Positions 9,162-18,564 of a stretch of DNA of 44,948 bases are shown piece by piece. The DNA comes from Candidatus Thorarchaeota archaeon (GTDB taxonomy: Archaea; Asgardarchaeota; Thorarchaeia; Thorarchaeales; Thorarchaeaceae), in contig SDNO01000002.1 in the NCBI GenBank assembly GCA_004524435.1, forward strand, positions 1-44,948, in the 5' to 3' direction. The position numbers and the translations under genes are program-made. The notes beneath the pieces are model-generated. The model did not search any database. It was given only the letters and a program-made list of their open reading frames with translations, and had not been told where the DNA came from. How positions within the stretch are numbered: the first letter of the stretch is position 1; each line of letters starts with the position of its first letter.

Positions 9162-9938
9162 ATGGGCTCGGTCTACACCATGAATGGCAGGACTACGAAA
9201 CAGATTCTTGCGACAACAGCATTCCTCTTGCTCATAACAGGTATGTTGGGGCTCTACCTTGTACAGATGGATTCTGGGGAGCAGTCCCTTGCCGTTCAGG
9301 ATCTCTCTTTCTCCGAAGGCACAGGAACTAGCGGTCTTCTGAACTCGACCCTAAGCATAGCCCCGGTGGAATTCGGCACGATGGATGCCTTCTCTTGGAC
9401 AGGATGTGCAGGTTCAATCTCAGGGCTGTTTGCATTGGGTCTTGGAACCGTCGCGACTGAGCGACGCGAAAGGAGCAGCGGGAAGCTGCGTGACCGAGTG
9501 GTGGCTGAAATTGCAGACCAGCCAGGAATACACTTACGTGAATTGAAGCGCACAGTCGACTGCGCCATGGGGGCTCTTCAGTATCACCTGCGAAATCTTG
9601 AAGATGAGCGTGTGGTTGAGTCTCACAAGTCAGGGAATACGAAGCATTTCTTCCTCTCTGAGTTCTCTTCGGACTCGGAAGTGCTCCATCTTGCCTCGGT
9701 GCTACGAAATCCCACCGCTCGAGTCATCCTTTGTGAGATTCTTGACGTTGGGAGGATAACTCAGGCTGAACTCAGCAGAAGCTTAGAACTCGATAAGAGC
9801 CTAGTCTCCTACTATGTTAGCAGTCTTCTAGAAGACGGCATTCTCAACTCCATTCGCGTCTTTGGCAGAGAGAAGCCGCTGGTACTAGCTGACTGGGCTC
9901 GGATGGAGCTTCCCAGTCTACTCTCTCTGATTCAGTAG
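9162..9938 (+). CDS. Membrane-anchored tandem winged-helix transcriptional regulator
   Basis: N-terminal hydrophobic helix; 'PGIHLRELKR...GALQYHLRNLE' and 'TQAELSRSLELDKSLVSYYVSSL'. Confidence 0.8.
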   Translation: MGSVYTMNGRTTKQILATTAFLLLITGMLGLYLVQMDSGEQSLAVQDLSFSEGTGTSGLLNSTLSIAPVEFGTMDAFSWTGCAGSISGLFALGLGTVATERRERSSGKLRDRVVAEIADQPGIHLRELKRTVDCAMGALQYHLRNLEDERVVESHKSGNTKHFFLSEFSSDSEVLHLASVLRNPTARVILCEILDVGRITQAELSRSLELDKSLVSYYVSSLLEDGILNSIRVFGREKPLVLADWARMELPSLLSLIQ

Positions 9939-10062
9939 AAGCGTGGTACGTTCGCCGTCCTACCTCTATCCTTATCTTCACAAAGGAATTGATGCCCAAC
10001 AAGGAAGGCGGGCCCATCAACGGTCCCAGTAGTTCGAACAAGTAACAACAGAGGCTACTTCC

Positions 10063-10812
10063 ATGGATGATGAGGCGTTTCTAGGAATCGATGAATCAGT
10101 TGATGACCTTGACATAGAGGGTCTGGAAGAGGTGGAGTATGCCGTTCGACTCAGCAATGTAAGCCGAACCTATACTCTTGGTACCCGAGAAGTTACGGCT
10201 CTGAACAATGTGAATCTAGAAGTGAGATCTGGTGATTACGTGGTCGTTCATGGTCCCTCTGGTTCTGGAAAGACGACTCTCTTGAACATCATCGGTTGCA
10301 TCGATCTGGCGACCTCAGGGCGGGTCCTCGTCATGGACGTGCCCATAGGTGACTACGACGAGTCTTTCAGAGCCACTTTCCGTCTTGCTAACACGGGTTT
10401 CGTCTTTCAGAGCTATAACCTCATTTCGACGCTGACCGCAATTGAGAATGTCATGTTTCCAATGCAGCTCCAAGACCATCCCGAGTCCGAACTACGAGAT
10501 GAAGGATCTCGACTGCTAGACTTGGTCAATCTAGGGGAACGTCAAGACCATCTGCCTTGGCAGTTGAGCTCTGGAGAGCAACAGAGAGTGGCGATTGCTA
10601 GAGCGCTTGCAAATGATCCCCCCGTACTTCTCGCGGACGAACCCACAGCAAATCTGGATCAGGAGAGTGCACAGATGATACGCGACATACTCTCGGGTCT
10701 GAACAGTGATGGCAGGACTGTCATCGTCATGACTCACGATCCAGCCATCATCTCTCATACAGGTACTCGCAGATTCACCATGAGCAAAGGAGAGCTGTCG
10801 GCGATTGAATGA
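10063..10812 (+). CDS. ABC transporter ATP-binding protein (LolD/MacB type)
   Basis: Walker A GPSGSGKT, signature LSSGEQQR, Walker B LLADEPT. Confidence 0.95.
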   Translation: MDDEAFLGIDESVDDLDIEGLEEVEYAVRLSNVSRTYTLGTREVTALNNVNLEVRSGDYVVVHGPSGSGKTTLLNIIGCIDLATSGRVLVMDVPIGDYDESFRATFRLANTGFVFQSYNLISTLTAIENVMFPMQLQDHPESELRDEGSRLLDLVNLGERQDHLPWQLSSGEQQRVAIARALANDPPVLLADEPTANLDQESAQMIRDILSGLNSDGRTVIVMTHDPAIISHTGTRRFTMSKGELSAIE

Positions 10813-12658
10813 AACACAGGACTACGCAAGCACTGACCTGAAGAGAAGACCCTTTCGCAGCGGTGTTGTTCTTCTCTCCATGACGACGTCCGTTGCCTCA
10901 ACGGTGTTTCTCTTCCTATTCGCGAACTCACTGCTCGATGTTACACTCCTGTTTACGTCTACAGGGTTGATGCAGTCTCTGAGTGTATTCTTTGAGGCAT
11001 TCATCTGGGCAACTCTGCTTCTGGTTATCGTGCTTGGTGGCGTTGTGGTCTCTAGTACCATCTCAATGGAGATGGTCAGCAGAAGAAAGGACATCGGACT
11101 CATGAAATCCATAGGTTCTCTGATGGATACCATATTTGACCACTTCATGGCTCAAGCGGTGATTCTCCTTCTGGCAAGCATCGTTCTGGGTGTTTCCTTT
11201 GGCACACTGTTCTATTTGATTGGGATGGGCTGGCTAGCATCTATGGCTCCCGGGCTGGAGTACACGTTTCAGTTTCCCTTTGTTCAGATTGGTCTCCTCG
11301 TCGGAATCTACCTCTTCCTCGGGTATTTCGCCTCACAGAAGCCCATCTACGATGCGGTGCACGAGTCACCCATTTCGGCATTGAATCCCGACATTGGTGA
11401 TCGTGTTCGTCGGGTTGGCTTGTTTGACTCCTTCGGATTACCCTTCAGGATTGCAACTCGGGGAACGGGACGTCGTGTCAAGGGGATGAGACGAACTCTT
11501 CTCTCTCTCTTCTTGGGTGTGACCATTGCATCAGTGATTTGGATAGGCGGCGGAATTGTTGAAACAACCACGGATGCCTACATAACCCGGTCAATGGGAA
11601 CGAATGTCATAGCTGTTGGAAATCCTCAGCTTCTTCAGCAATATTACAATGCCTACACCCTGACAGGGTCAGTGCTTGACTCCAACTTCTCCTTCGTCGG
11701 CAGCGACTCGCTTCTGCCTACTAGCTTGATCCAGAGTCTTGAGGATAACAGCCATGTTGAGTCATTGGAGTCCCGTCTAGTACACTATACCGGAATCAGG
11801 GAACTGCCTGGAATCATTCGGAATCCTACCACTAATGAGTACGAATGGGTCGGCCAGAACCGAACCAGTTCCTGCCTCATAATGGGAATAGACTGGCAAG
11901 AGACAGAGTCCACCTGGTACTATGAGGGGCTTGAGCCAAACGCCACAAATCAGGCCTGGGTCGGAGGCACGCTGGCCAATCAGGTCTACGAGGACCCTCT
12001 TGTACAGAGCCTGGCATTTGGGGGATTTGCCTTTGACATTCAAGCCGTCGCCTTTGAGTTGGCAAATGGTGGGATGGTCGCAATGGTCGATATTTCAGCC
12101 TTGCAGACGGTCTTAGACCTAGATGGGGCGAATCTACTGCTCCTCCGTGTGGACTCTTACTCAGAGGAGGCCATCTCCGAAATTGAATCTCTGGCTGAGG
12201 ACTACGGTTTTGGCATCTACCTTCAGGATGAGATTCTAAATGCAAATCTTGGAATCATCCACGACATCTGGTTCCTTCTGCAGCCGTTGTCTGTCATGGC
12301 ACTCATCGGTGCATTTCTGAATCTCATGAACTACCTCTTGGTATCGGTGTTCAGCAGGTTCCGAGACTACAAAATCATGCGAAGCATTGGCGCAACTCCA
12401 GACTTCATCGTCAAGACCATGATTGCAGAAGGCCTTGACATGGGTCTGAAATCGGGCGTTCCTGCAGTACTTGCTGCGACGCTCTTCAGCGTATACTTCT
12501 TGGTCCCTGAAGCCGCGGTCCCCTCTGTGCTCTATCTTCCGGCTTCCATGACGGTCATGATTATGTTTCTCGTCATAGTCACGCTTCTTGCTGCAATACC
12601 CGTCTACTACATCTTCAATAGGAAGTCAGATTTACAAGTATCCGAGTTCTCCGTGTGA
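10805..12658 (+). CDS. ABC transporter permease (two FtsX-like domains)
   Basis: 'RRKDIGLMKSIG' and 'RFRDYKIMRSIGA' motifs; extracellular domain; overlaps the ATPase gene. Confidence 0.85.
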   Translation: MNETQDYASTDLKRRPFRSGVVLLSMTTSVASTVFLFLFANSLLDVTLLFTSTGLMQSLSVFFEAFIWATLLLVIVLGGVVVSSTISMEMVSRRKDIGLMKSIGSLMDTIFDHFMAQAVILLLASIVLGVSFGTLFYLIGMGWLASMAPGLEYTFQFPFVQIGLLVGIYLFLGYFASQKPIYDAVHESPISALNPDIGDRVRRVGLFDSFGLPFRIATRGTGRRVKGMRRTLLSLFLGVTIASVIWIGGGIVETTTDAYITRSMGTNVIAVGNPQLLQQYYNAYTLTGSVLDSNFSFVGSDSLLPTSLIQSLEDNSHVESLESRLVHYTGIRELPGIIRNPTTNEYEWVGQNRTSSCLIMGIDWQETESTWYYEGLEPNATNQAWVGGTLANQVYEDPLVQSLAFGGFAFDIQAVAFELANGGMVAMVDISALQTVLDLDGANLLLLRVDSYSEEAISEIESLAEDYGFGIYLQDEILNANLGIIHDIWFLLQPLSVMALIGAFLNLMNYLLVSVFSRFRDYKIMRSIGATPDFIVKTMIAEGLDMGLKSGVPAVLAATLFSVYFLVPEAAVPSVLYLPASMTVMIMFLVIVTLLAAIPVYYIFNRKSDLQVSEFSV

Positions 12659-12707
12659 CGATAACCTTCTTTAGAAGAAGCGGATGGCCAACCTTAGGGA
12701 TATCACT

Positions 12708-14372
12708 ATGTCCGGTAGGGACGAACAGGAATTCTCAATTCATTGGATTCAGGATGTTGTTGACAGGGTTCTTGCCCGAGATGTTGATGATTATCTGATA
12801 TCTGCTGGAAAGAGTCCAAGTGGAAGAATCCACATAGGCATACTAAGAGAGCTTATCGTATGCGACGTCATCAAACGCAGACTAGTGGAGCGGGGCAAGA
12901 ACGCCCGGACTATGTTCGTCATCGATGACTATGATCCTGTCAGGTCCTTCCCGCCCTCGACTTCTCTCTCACTTGACAAATACGCCGGAGTGCCCTATTC
13001 TGACGTACCCGACGAGTTTGGCTGCTGTGAGAGCTACGGCGCACACTGGGCAAATGAGCTCATAGAAACATTTCCTGAGTTTGGTATTGACCCTAAGATT
13101 GTATGGACATCCAAACTCTATGAGACCTCGGAGATGCTTGAGGAGGTTCGGATATGCCTCCGGAAGACCGAAACCATTCGTGACATCATGGTGGAATACG
13201 TGGCGCGCGACTTCAACGAGGAGCAGAAACAGCAGTATACTGAGGGGATGAAGACCTGGTTTCCTGCATCTATAGTCTGTCCTAATTGTGGGCGCCTGCA
13301 GAGTGGTGTCAAGGGCGGGATTGAACCTAACAGGGTGACCGAATATGATCCCAACACCGATGAGGTCAGTTTCGCCTGCCCTGGGTGTGGACATGCTGCG
13401 ACCCTCCCTCTCAGCGATGTTCGCATCAAGCTCACTTGGAGGGTTGACTGGCCTGCAAAGTGGCATCTCTTTAAGGTCACGTGCGAGCCTGCAGGCAAAG
13501 ATCACGCTGTCAAGGGGGGTTCCTACGATACTGGTCTCGAGGTATCTCGAAGAGTCTTTGGATGGAAAGGTCCTGTGAAGGTACCATACGAATGGGTCCA
13601 AATTGGTGGTCGCGACATGGCCACTTCTGAGGGAATCGTGTTCATTCCGAAGACTTGGCTTGAGATTGCACCTCCCGAGCTCTACAGGTTCCTGATGTTG
13701 AAAACCGACCTGAAGAGGACCATCAATATCCAACCAGACCGTATTCCCGACTTAGTAGATCGGTACGAGCGCTTTGAACGGAGTTACTATGGAATCGATA
13801 ATCCCACAGACGAGGAGCGAGAACTGGCCGAACTACTGTATCCATTGAGTGAAGCGGAAACACCCAGCGAGCACTTCATTCCAAAGTTGTCGTACAAGTT
13901 TGCGATAGTGACTTCCCAGCTAGAGGCGCTGCTGGGTAAGGAAGTTGTCCTAGAGAGATGCAAGGAGGCCGTCCGAAAGCAACATGATATTGAGGAGCTT
14001 TGCCCCGAAACAATCTCCCACATCCCGATTCGTTTGAGCCGGGCCAGGGCTTGGGTCTCCGAGTTTGGCTCTGAACGGGACCAGATTCAAGTCACCGAAG
14101 AGGTTCCCCAGGATGTGCGCCAGACTCTGAACGAGCAGGACCGAGAGTTTCTTGCCACGATGCTTGAGCTACTCAAAGGCCAGCCGAAGAATGACGAAGA
14201 GCTCCAGACTGCAGTCTTTGAAACAGCAAGAGAGATTGGCATGAAGCCTCGCCGGGCATTCACCGTATTCTATCGATTACTCATCTCCAGAAAATCGGGT
14301 CCGCGACTTGGTCCTCTCCTCAATCTCTTGGGGCCGGATTGGGTTGCACAGAGGATAGAGTCCATACTCTAG
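12708..14372 (+). CDS. lysS: Class I lysine--tRNA ligase
   Basis: 'PSGRIHIG', 'KLTWRVDWPAKW', 'EPAGKDH', 'GPRLG', CPNCG/CPGCG zinc motifs. Confidence 0.97.
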   Translation: MSGRDEQEFSIHWIQDVVDRVLARDVDDYLISAGKSPSGRIHIGILRELIVCDVIKRRLVERGKNARTMFVIDDYDPVRSFPPSTSLSLDKYAGVPYSDVPDEFGCCESYGAHWANELIETFPEFGIDPKIVWTSKLYETSEMLEEVRICLRKTETIRDIMVEYVARDFNEEQKQQYTEGMKTWFPASIVCPNCGRLQSGVKGGIEPNRVTEYDPNTDEVSFACPGCGHAATLPLSDVRIKLTWRVDWPAKWHLFKVTCEPAGKDHAVKGGSYDTGLEVSRRVFGWKGPVKVPYEWVQIGGRDMATSEGIVFIPKTWLEIAPPELYRFLMLKTDLKRTINIQPDRIPDLVDRYERFERSYYGIDNPTDEERELAELLYPLSEAETPSEHFIPKLSYKFAIVTSQLEALLGKEVVLERCKEAVRKQHDIEELCPETISHIPIRLSRARAWVSEFGSERDQIQVTEEVPQDVRQTLNEQDREFLATMLELLKGQPKNDEELQTAVFETAREIGMKPRRAFTVFYRLLISRKSGPRLGPLLNLLGPDWVAQRIESIL

Positions 14373-14449
14373 ATGCCTGCTCTACCAGACTCCGCAACAG
14401 CTTTATTAGCAGGTCGAAAGTGGGCCACGAGCTGTGGCCTGTGATCTAG

Positions 14450-15172
14450 ATGCTGGGTAAACTGAGAGAAAGATATCAGAGAGCGATGCTGCCTGTTGGA
14501 AGGGTACTGGCTAAGACCGGCATAACCCCTAATGCTATTACTGCGTTGACTCTGATGGTTTCGATTGTGAGCGCTTATTTCTTCTATCTCGGAGACTTAT
14601 TGGTTGGCTTCGTGATAATGCTCTTGACTGTAGTCATGGACATGTTTGATGGGGCGGTGGCGAGGGCGGCTAATCTTGCATCTCCATTTGGCGCAACTTT
14701 CGATCATACGCTCGACCGATACGCCGAGTTCTTCTTCATTCTCGGACTCATGGCTGGCCCGTCTGGCACACCGAATATCGTATGGTGGCCTTATGCCACA
14801 GGTGATAGTTTCGTTCCTTGGTTCTGGGGATTTGTCGCCCTCTTTGGAATGCTCATGGCAAGCTTTTCCAGAGCAAAGGCTGAGTCCGTGGGCGGCATGG
14901 AGAACTGTGCTGTCGGAATTGCCGAGCGACAGGAGAAGCTCCTCCTCCAGTTTGCAGGCATTCTCTTGCTTGCGTTGCCTACGACGAACATCTGGATGGA
15001 TTTCCTCAGTATCTTTCCGACACCATTCACGACATTCTTCGCTGCAATCCAGATTACCAATGTACTCACACTCTGCATTGTAATTGTGGCCATTCTCTCT
15101 CATATCACTGTGGCTCAGCGTTTAGCATACGCACGAAAGGTCATCTTGTCAGAAGAGCAGGAAGCGACATAG
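14450..15172 (+). CDS. CDP-alcohol phosphatidyltransferase (probable archaetidylinositol-phosphate synthase)
   Basis: 'TPNAIT', 'DMFDGAVAR...SPFGATFDHTLDRYAE', 'RAKAE...VGIAERQE'. Confidence 0.88.
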   Translation: MLGKLRERYQRAMLPVGRVLAKTGITPNAITALTLMVSIVSAYFFYLGDLLVGFVIMLLTVVMDMFDGAVARAANLASPFGATFDHTLDRYAEFFFILGLMAGPSGTPNIVWWPYATGDSFVPWFWGFVALFGMLMASFSRAKAESVGGMENCAVGIAERQEKLLLQFAGILLLALPTTNIWMDFLSIFPTPFTTFFAAIQITNVLTLCIVIVAILSHITVAQRLAYARKVILSEEQEAT

Positions 15173-15173
15173 A

Positions 15174-16085
15174 ATGTATAGAGCACTTGTCGTGGGAAAC
15201 CCTGCTTACCGAAAGATGGTCGGTGCATCCGGTGGGAATGGTCAGCATCTTCCCTCTGGGCCTGCTATACATACAGCGCAAGTCATCACTAAGCTGGGTG
15301 TCGAGGAATCTGCACTGATTGGGTGCACCTCGAGAAGTACGAGGCAACAACTGTCTGCTGACCTCGACCTCTGTGGCATCAAAGAGCGGCATCTCATCGA
15401 GTGTGAGGAGACCAATCGTTTCACAATCAACCTGCCTGGAACCACACCCCCCACATCGGAGCTCATGGGGCTTGGTGATGCAATTCGGATACGGGATTTT
15501 CCTGAGGAGTTTCTGAGAACAGAGTGTATCCTTCTCAGTCCGATACTCCAGGAGGTTGATATGGAACTCATAGAGTGGCTCTCCAATTCTTCTGATGCAA
15601 TCATCCTCTGGAATCCTCAGCTGTACCAGGTGAGCTTGAAACGAGGATTGGCCGCGAACATTGATACGCGTACAATACGTCAAATCCTCCGCTTGGTGGA
15701 CGTAATCAAAATCAACCGCACTGAAGCGTTTCTCATGACGGATGACAAAGACCCCTTTGTTGCTGCTGAAATCCTCGTTGAATGGGGGGCCCCCCTCGCC
15801 GCGGTCACTTTAGATTCTGAGGGCAGCATAGTCTATGATGGCAAAGATTTCTTCGTCGTTCCAGCATATCCAGCCAAGATAACAGAGACATACGGTGCAG
15901 GAGACGCCTATCTGGCAGGCTTTGCCCTGAGAACGATAGAGGGCGCCAGTCTTGCTGAGTGTGGCGCCTTCGGGACTGCCGCAGCCAGTATGATGATTGA
16001 ACGTTTGGAATGTGAATCCAATATCACGTATCCGGGGATAATGAAGCGCTCAGAAGAGCTATATCCAAGAATCACTGTTCGTTAG
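15174..16085 (+). CDS. PfkB family kinase
   Basis: 'KINRTEA' and 'YGAGDAYLAGF'. Confidence 0.85.
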   Translation: MYRALVVGNPAYRKMVGASGGNGQHLPSGPAIHTAQVITKLGVEESALIGCTSRSTRQQLSADLDLCGIKERHLIECEETNRFTINLPGTTPPTSELMGLGDAIRIRDFPEEFLRTECILLSPILQEVDMELIEWLSNSSDAIILWNPQLYQVSLKRGLAANIDTRTIRQILRLVDVIKINRTEAFLMTDDKDPFVAAEILVEWGAPLAAVTLDSEGSIVYDGKDFFVVPAYPAKITETYGAGDAYLAGFALRTIEGASLAECGAFGTAAASMMIERLECESNITYPGIMKRSEELYPRITVR

Positions 16086-16429
16086 CTTACCTGTGTGAGA
16101 TCAAAGACCTTCTCAAGCGTTTCAAGTAGGAATTCTTTTGCATCTCTCATCGCCTGTAGCCCCTCATCGGTTATCCCGTAGTATTTCCGGGGTGACTCGT
16201 CTCGCTCTTGTTCCTCGATGAGCCCATCTTTCACAAGGCGATATATTATTGCATAGCCGCTTACGGTTGCCGGCGAGAAACCGAATCTCTCGGTGACCAG
16301 ATTCTTGATCTCATACCCGTACCTTGGTTTCTCCTGTAATAGGCGGAGAATATAGATCCACAACATCTCTTTGGTGAGTTTCTTGACCAATCTATGAATT
16401 GCTTTTGGCCGGTCTGAAGACGGTTTCAT
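16082..16429 (-). CDS. PadR family transcriptional regulator
   Basis: 'ILRLLQEKPRYGYEI...LVKDGLI...RKYYGITDEG'; ATG 16429 overlaps the trmY stop. Confidence 0.9.
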   Translation of the reverse strand: MKPSSDRPKAIHRLVKKLTKEMLWIYILRLLQEKPRYGYEIKNLVTERFGFSPATVSGYAIIYRLVKDGLIEEQERDESPRKYYGITDEGLQAMRDAKEFLLETLEKVFDLTQVS

Positions 16430-17022
16430 CTGTTTTTCATCCCTTCCATTTCCGAGATCACCGACGCTATGCAATGGCTACTCAGATAGCTGTGCGGTCC
16501 CAATGAGATTGGGCTGATGTCTAGCTGGCCAATCATATGCAGGATGTCCTTACCAAATCCCTGATGGTCTCCAAGGATAAAACTGTTCTGCGCTTCCACA
16601 TCGAGGTTCGTGATAGACCGGATATCCGGCCCACTCTCCTCGAGCACCCAGAGGCTGCTATTCTCCTCCGCAAGAAGACTTCGGAGTAGTTCCTTCGTGT
16701 CAACTGATTGTTTCTCTATGAGGTCGCTATCATTGCCATCTAAGACCGACTGGATCTCTTCAGCCCACGCTCTCTCCCCAACAGGTATTCTCCCGCCAGG
16801 ATGGTGGAACAAAAGAGCGACATCCTCCGGTAATAGGACGATGAGCTCAAGGGCGTTTCTTGGCCACTGGTCGGGTCCCCAGTCAAAACAGGCAGCAAGA
16901 TCACGGCAGAGAAGGTCTATCCTCTTCCCTGAGCCGGGAAGGTCCTTCAGAATGAATCTCCCATCTCTCGGGCCGTCTAGAAGCAGTTGAATGAACCTGA
17001 GCAAAGGTTGTTCTCGAGTCAT
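16426..17022 (-). CDS. trmY: tRNA pseudouridine-54 N1-methyltransferase (SPOUT)
   Basis: 'KDLPGSGKRIDLLCR', 'FILGDHQG', 'ISLGPHSYLSSHCI'. Confidence 0.8.
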   Translation of the reverse strand: MTREQPLLRFIQLLLDGPRDGRFILKDLPGSGKRIDLLCRDLAACFDWGPDQWPRNALELIVLLPEDVALLFHHPGGRIPVGERAWAEEIQSVLDGNDSDLIEKQSVDTKELLRSLLAEENSSLWVLEESGPDIRSITNLDVEAQNSFILGDHQGFGKDILHMIGQLDISPISLGPHSYLSSHCIASVISEMEGMKNR

Positions 17023-17099
17023 CTGGAATACCAGCTACCTTGAAGTTACAAGTTCTTGATGCCTTGCGTATTGAATGATCGGGCATTGTGGATTTGTTC

Positions 17100-17372
17100 T
17101 CAGCTTCTGCGCTTGCCCTCTTCTCGAATCTGTACGCGTCCCGAGTGCACAGCGCAACTAATGCAATAGTACTGAGTGATCTTCTTCGTATGGATGAAGG
17201 CACCCTGTTTCCTCAATTCCCGTGCCAGCTGTGGGTCAACAGGAGATACTCGGCGTGTGTACTTCTTTGCCTTGTCTGCGGGGACAATCCGTCCGCATTT
17301 GGAGCACTGTACTGTACCGGTCTTTCCTGATTTACCCTTGCTTCGGCCACCCGATTTTCTCTTTTTAGCCAA
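17100..17372 (-). CDS. rps26e: 30S ribosomal protein S26e
   Basis: 'KKRKSGGRSKG', 'CSKCGRIVPADKA', 'YYCISCAVH'; TTG start at 17372. Confidence 0.95.
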   Translation of the reverse strand: MAKKRKSGGRSKGKSGKTGTVQCSKCGRIVPADKAKKYTRRVSPVDPQLARELRKQGAFIHTKKITQYYCISCAVHSGRVQIREEGKRRS

Positions 17373-17444
17373 TTCTAGACCACCGTATGGGGTTGTCAAC
17401 GGGGCCTCAGAGGCTGACCTTAAAACATCTTGCCTTACGCCGAA

Positions 17445-18518
17445 CTACCAGAACGGACTGAAGGTCTCAACGATAGACTCCATGATTCTCTCGTTGCTCT
17501 CCACAATGAGTTCGTTTATCTCTCTCTCCACTTGATCTTGTAGCGAAGGGAGTGATTTCTCGGCTAGGCCATGGAGAGATGCTTCAATGGATGGCCCGAT
17601 GGCGAAGGGATTGTAACCCCCCTCTAGTACCCAGAATGAGCCCATTGCATTCACCTCACGCACCAGATCAGAAACTGCTTTTCCAATATGGTGAAACGTA
17701 GAACTATCAACGTCCATGTTTCCTACAGGGTCAGCATAATGGGGGTCATAACCTGCCGAAACTGCAATGATATCAGGATCGAAGGAACGAACGGCCGGTT
17801 CTATGATTTTTTCAAACGCACTTCTATAAGAGGCATCAGGTGAGAAGTCAATGAGGGGAATATTCACGTTGGTGCCTTCTGCATCACCATATCCAATCTC
17901 TGAGAAGTGGCCTGTGCCGTAGTTCTCATAGTCGTATTCATGAATCGAGATGTACTGTACATCCGGGTCCGCATAGAACACATCTGCTGTACCATTGCCG
18001 TGATGATCGTCGAAATCGATGATGCTAACTTGCCCGATTCCATCCTTGGCTTGAAGGTTCTTCACTGCGATGGCAATATTATTGAAATAGCAGAGTCCCA
18101 TTGCGGTGGAGATGGATGCATGATGACCTGGAGGACGCATGAGCGAAAAGGCATGACGAACCTCTTTCTCATACACAGCTTCTCCCGCACGCACGGCTCC
18201 ACCCACGGCACGTAGAGCACTTCGTAGGAGTTCTGGACTAGCATATGCCGCCTCTCCAATCTGCCCGCTGCCCAGATCTGTCATGAGTCTGACTGAGTCA
18301 ACAAGGTACTCGCTATGAACACTCAGAGCCATCTCTATGGGCACCTTGGGAGCTTGCTGGGTCTTCACTCTTCCAAGCACCCCTCGTTCCTTGAGATAGA
18401 CTTCTGCCATCTGCACTCGCAATGGGTTCTCAAAGGACTCCAGATGGGGGCGTGGAAAGGGCATATTATGCTGGATTGAGCTCGGATGTGAGAGAAACAG
18501 AATCTTGTCCCAGGCCAA
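17445..18518 (-). CDS. Histone deacetylase family (Zn-dependent) protein
   Basis: RPPGHHA, GLCYFNN, DFDDHHGNGT, SAGYD, EGGY all intact. Confidence 0.93.
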   Translation of the reverse strand: MAWDKILFLSHPSSIQHNMPFPRPHLESFENPLRVQMAEVYLKERGVLGRVKTQQAPKVPIEMALSVHSEYLVDSVRLMTDLGSGQIGEAAYASPELLRSALRAVGGAVRAGEAVYEKEVRHAFSLMRPPGHHASISTAMGLCYFNNIAIAVKNLQAKDGIGQVSIIDFDDHHGNGTADVFYADPDVQYISIHEYDYENYGTGHFSEIGYGDAEGTNVNIPLIDFSPDASYRSAFEKIIEPAVRSFDPDIIAVSAGYDPHYADPVGNMDVDSSTFHHIGKAVSDLVREVNAMGSFWVLEGGYNPFAIGPSIEASLHGLAEKSLPSLQDQVEREINELIVESNERIMESIVETFSPFW

Positions 18519-18564
18519 GAATATTCACCAACGTCAGGCAGTGCATTGTTTCATTAAATCCTTG

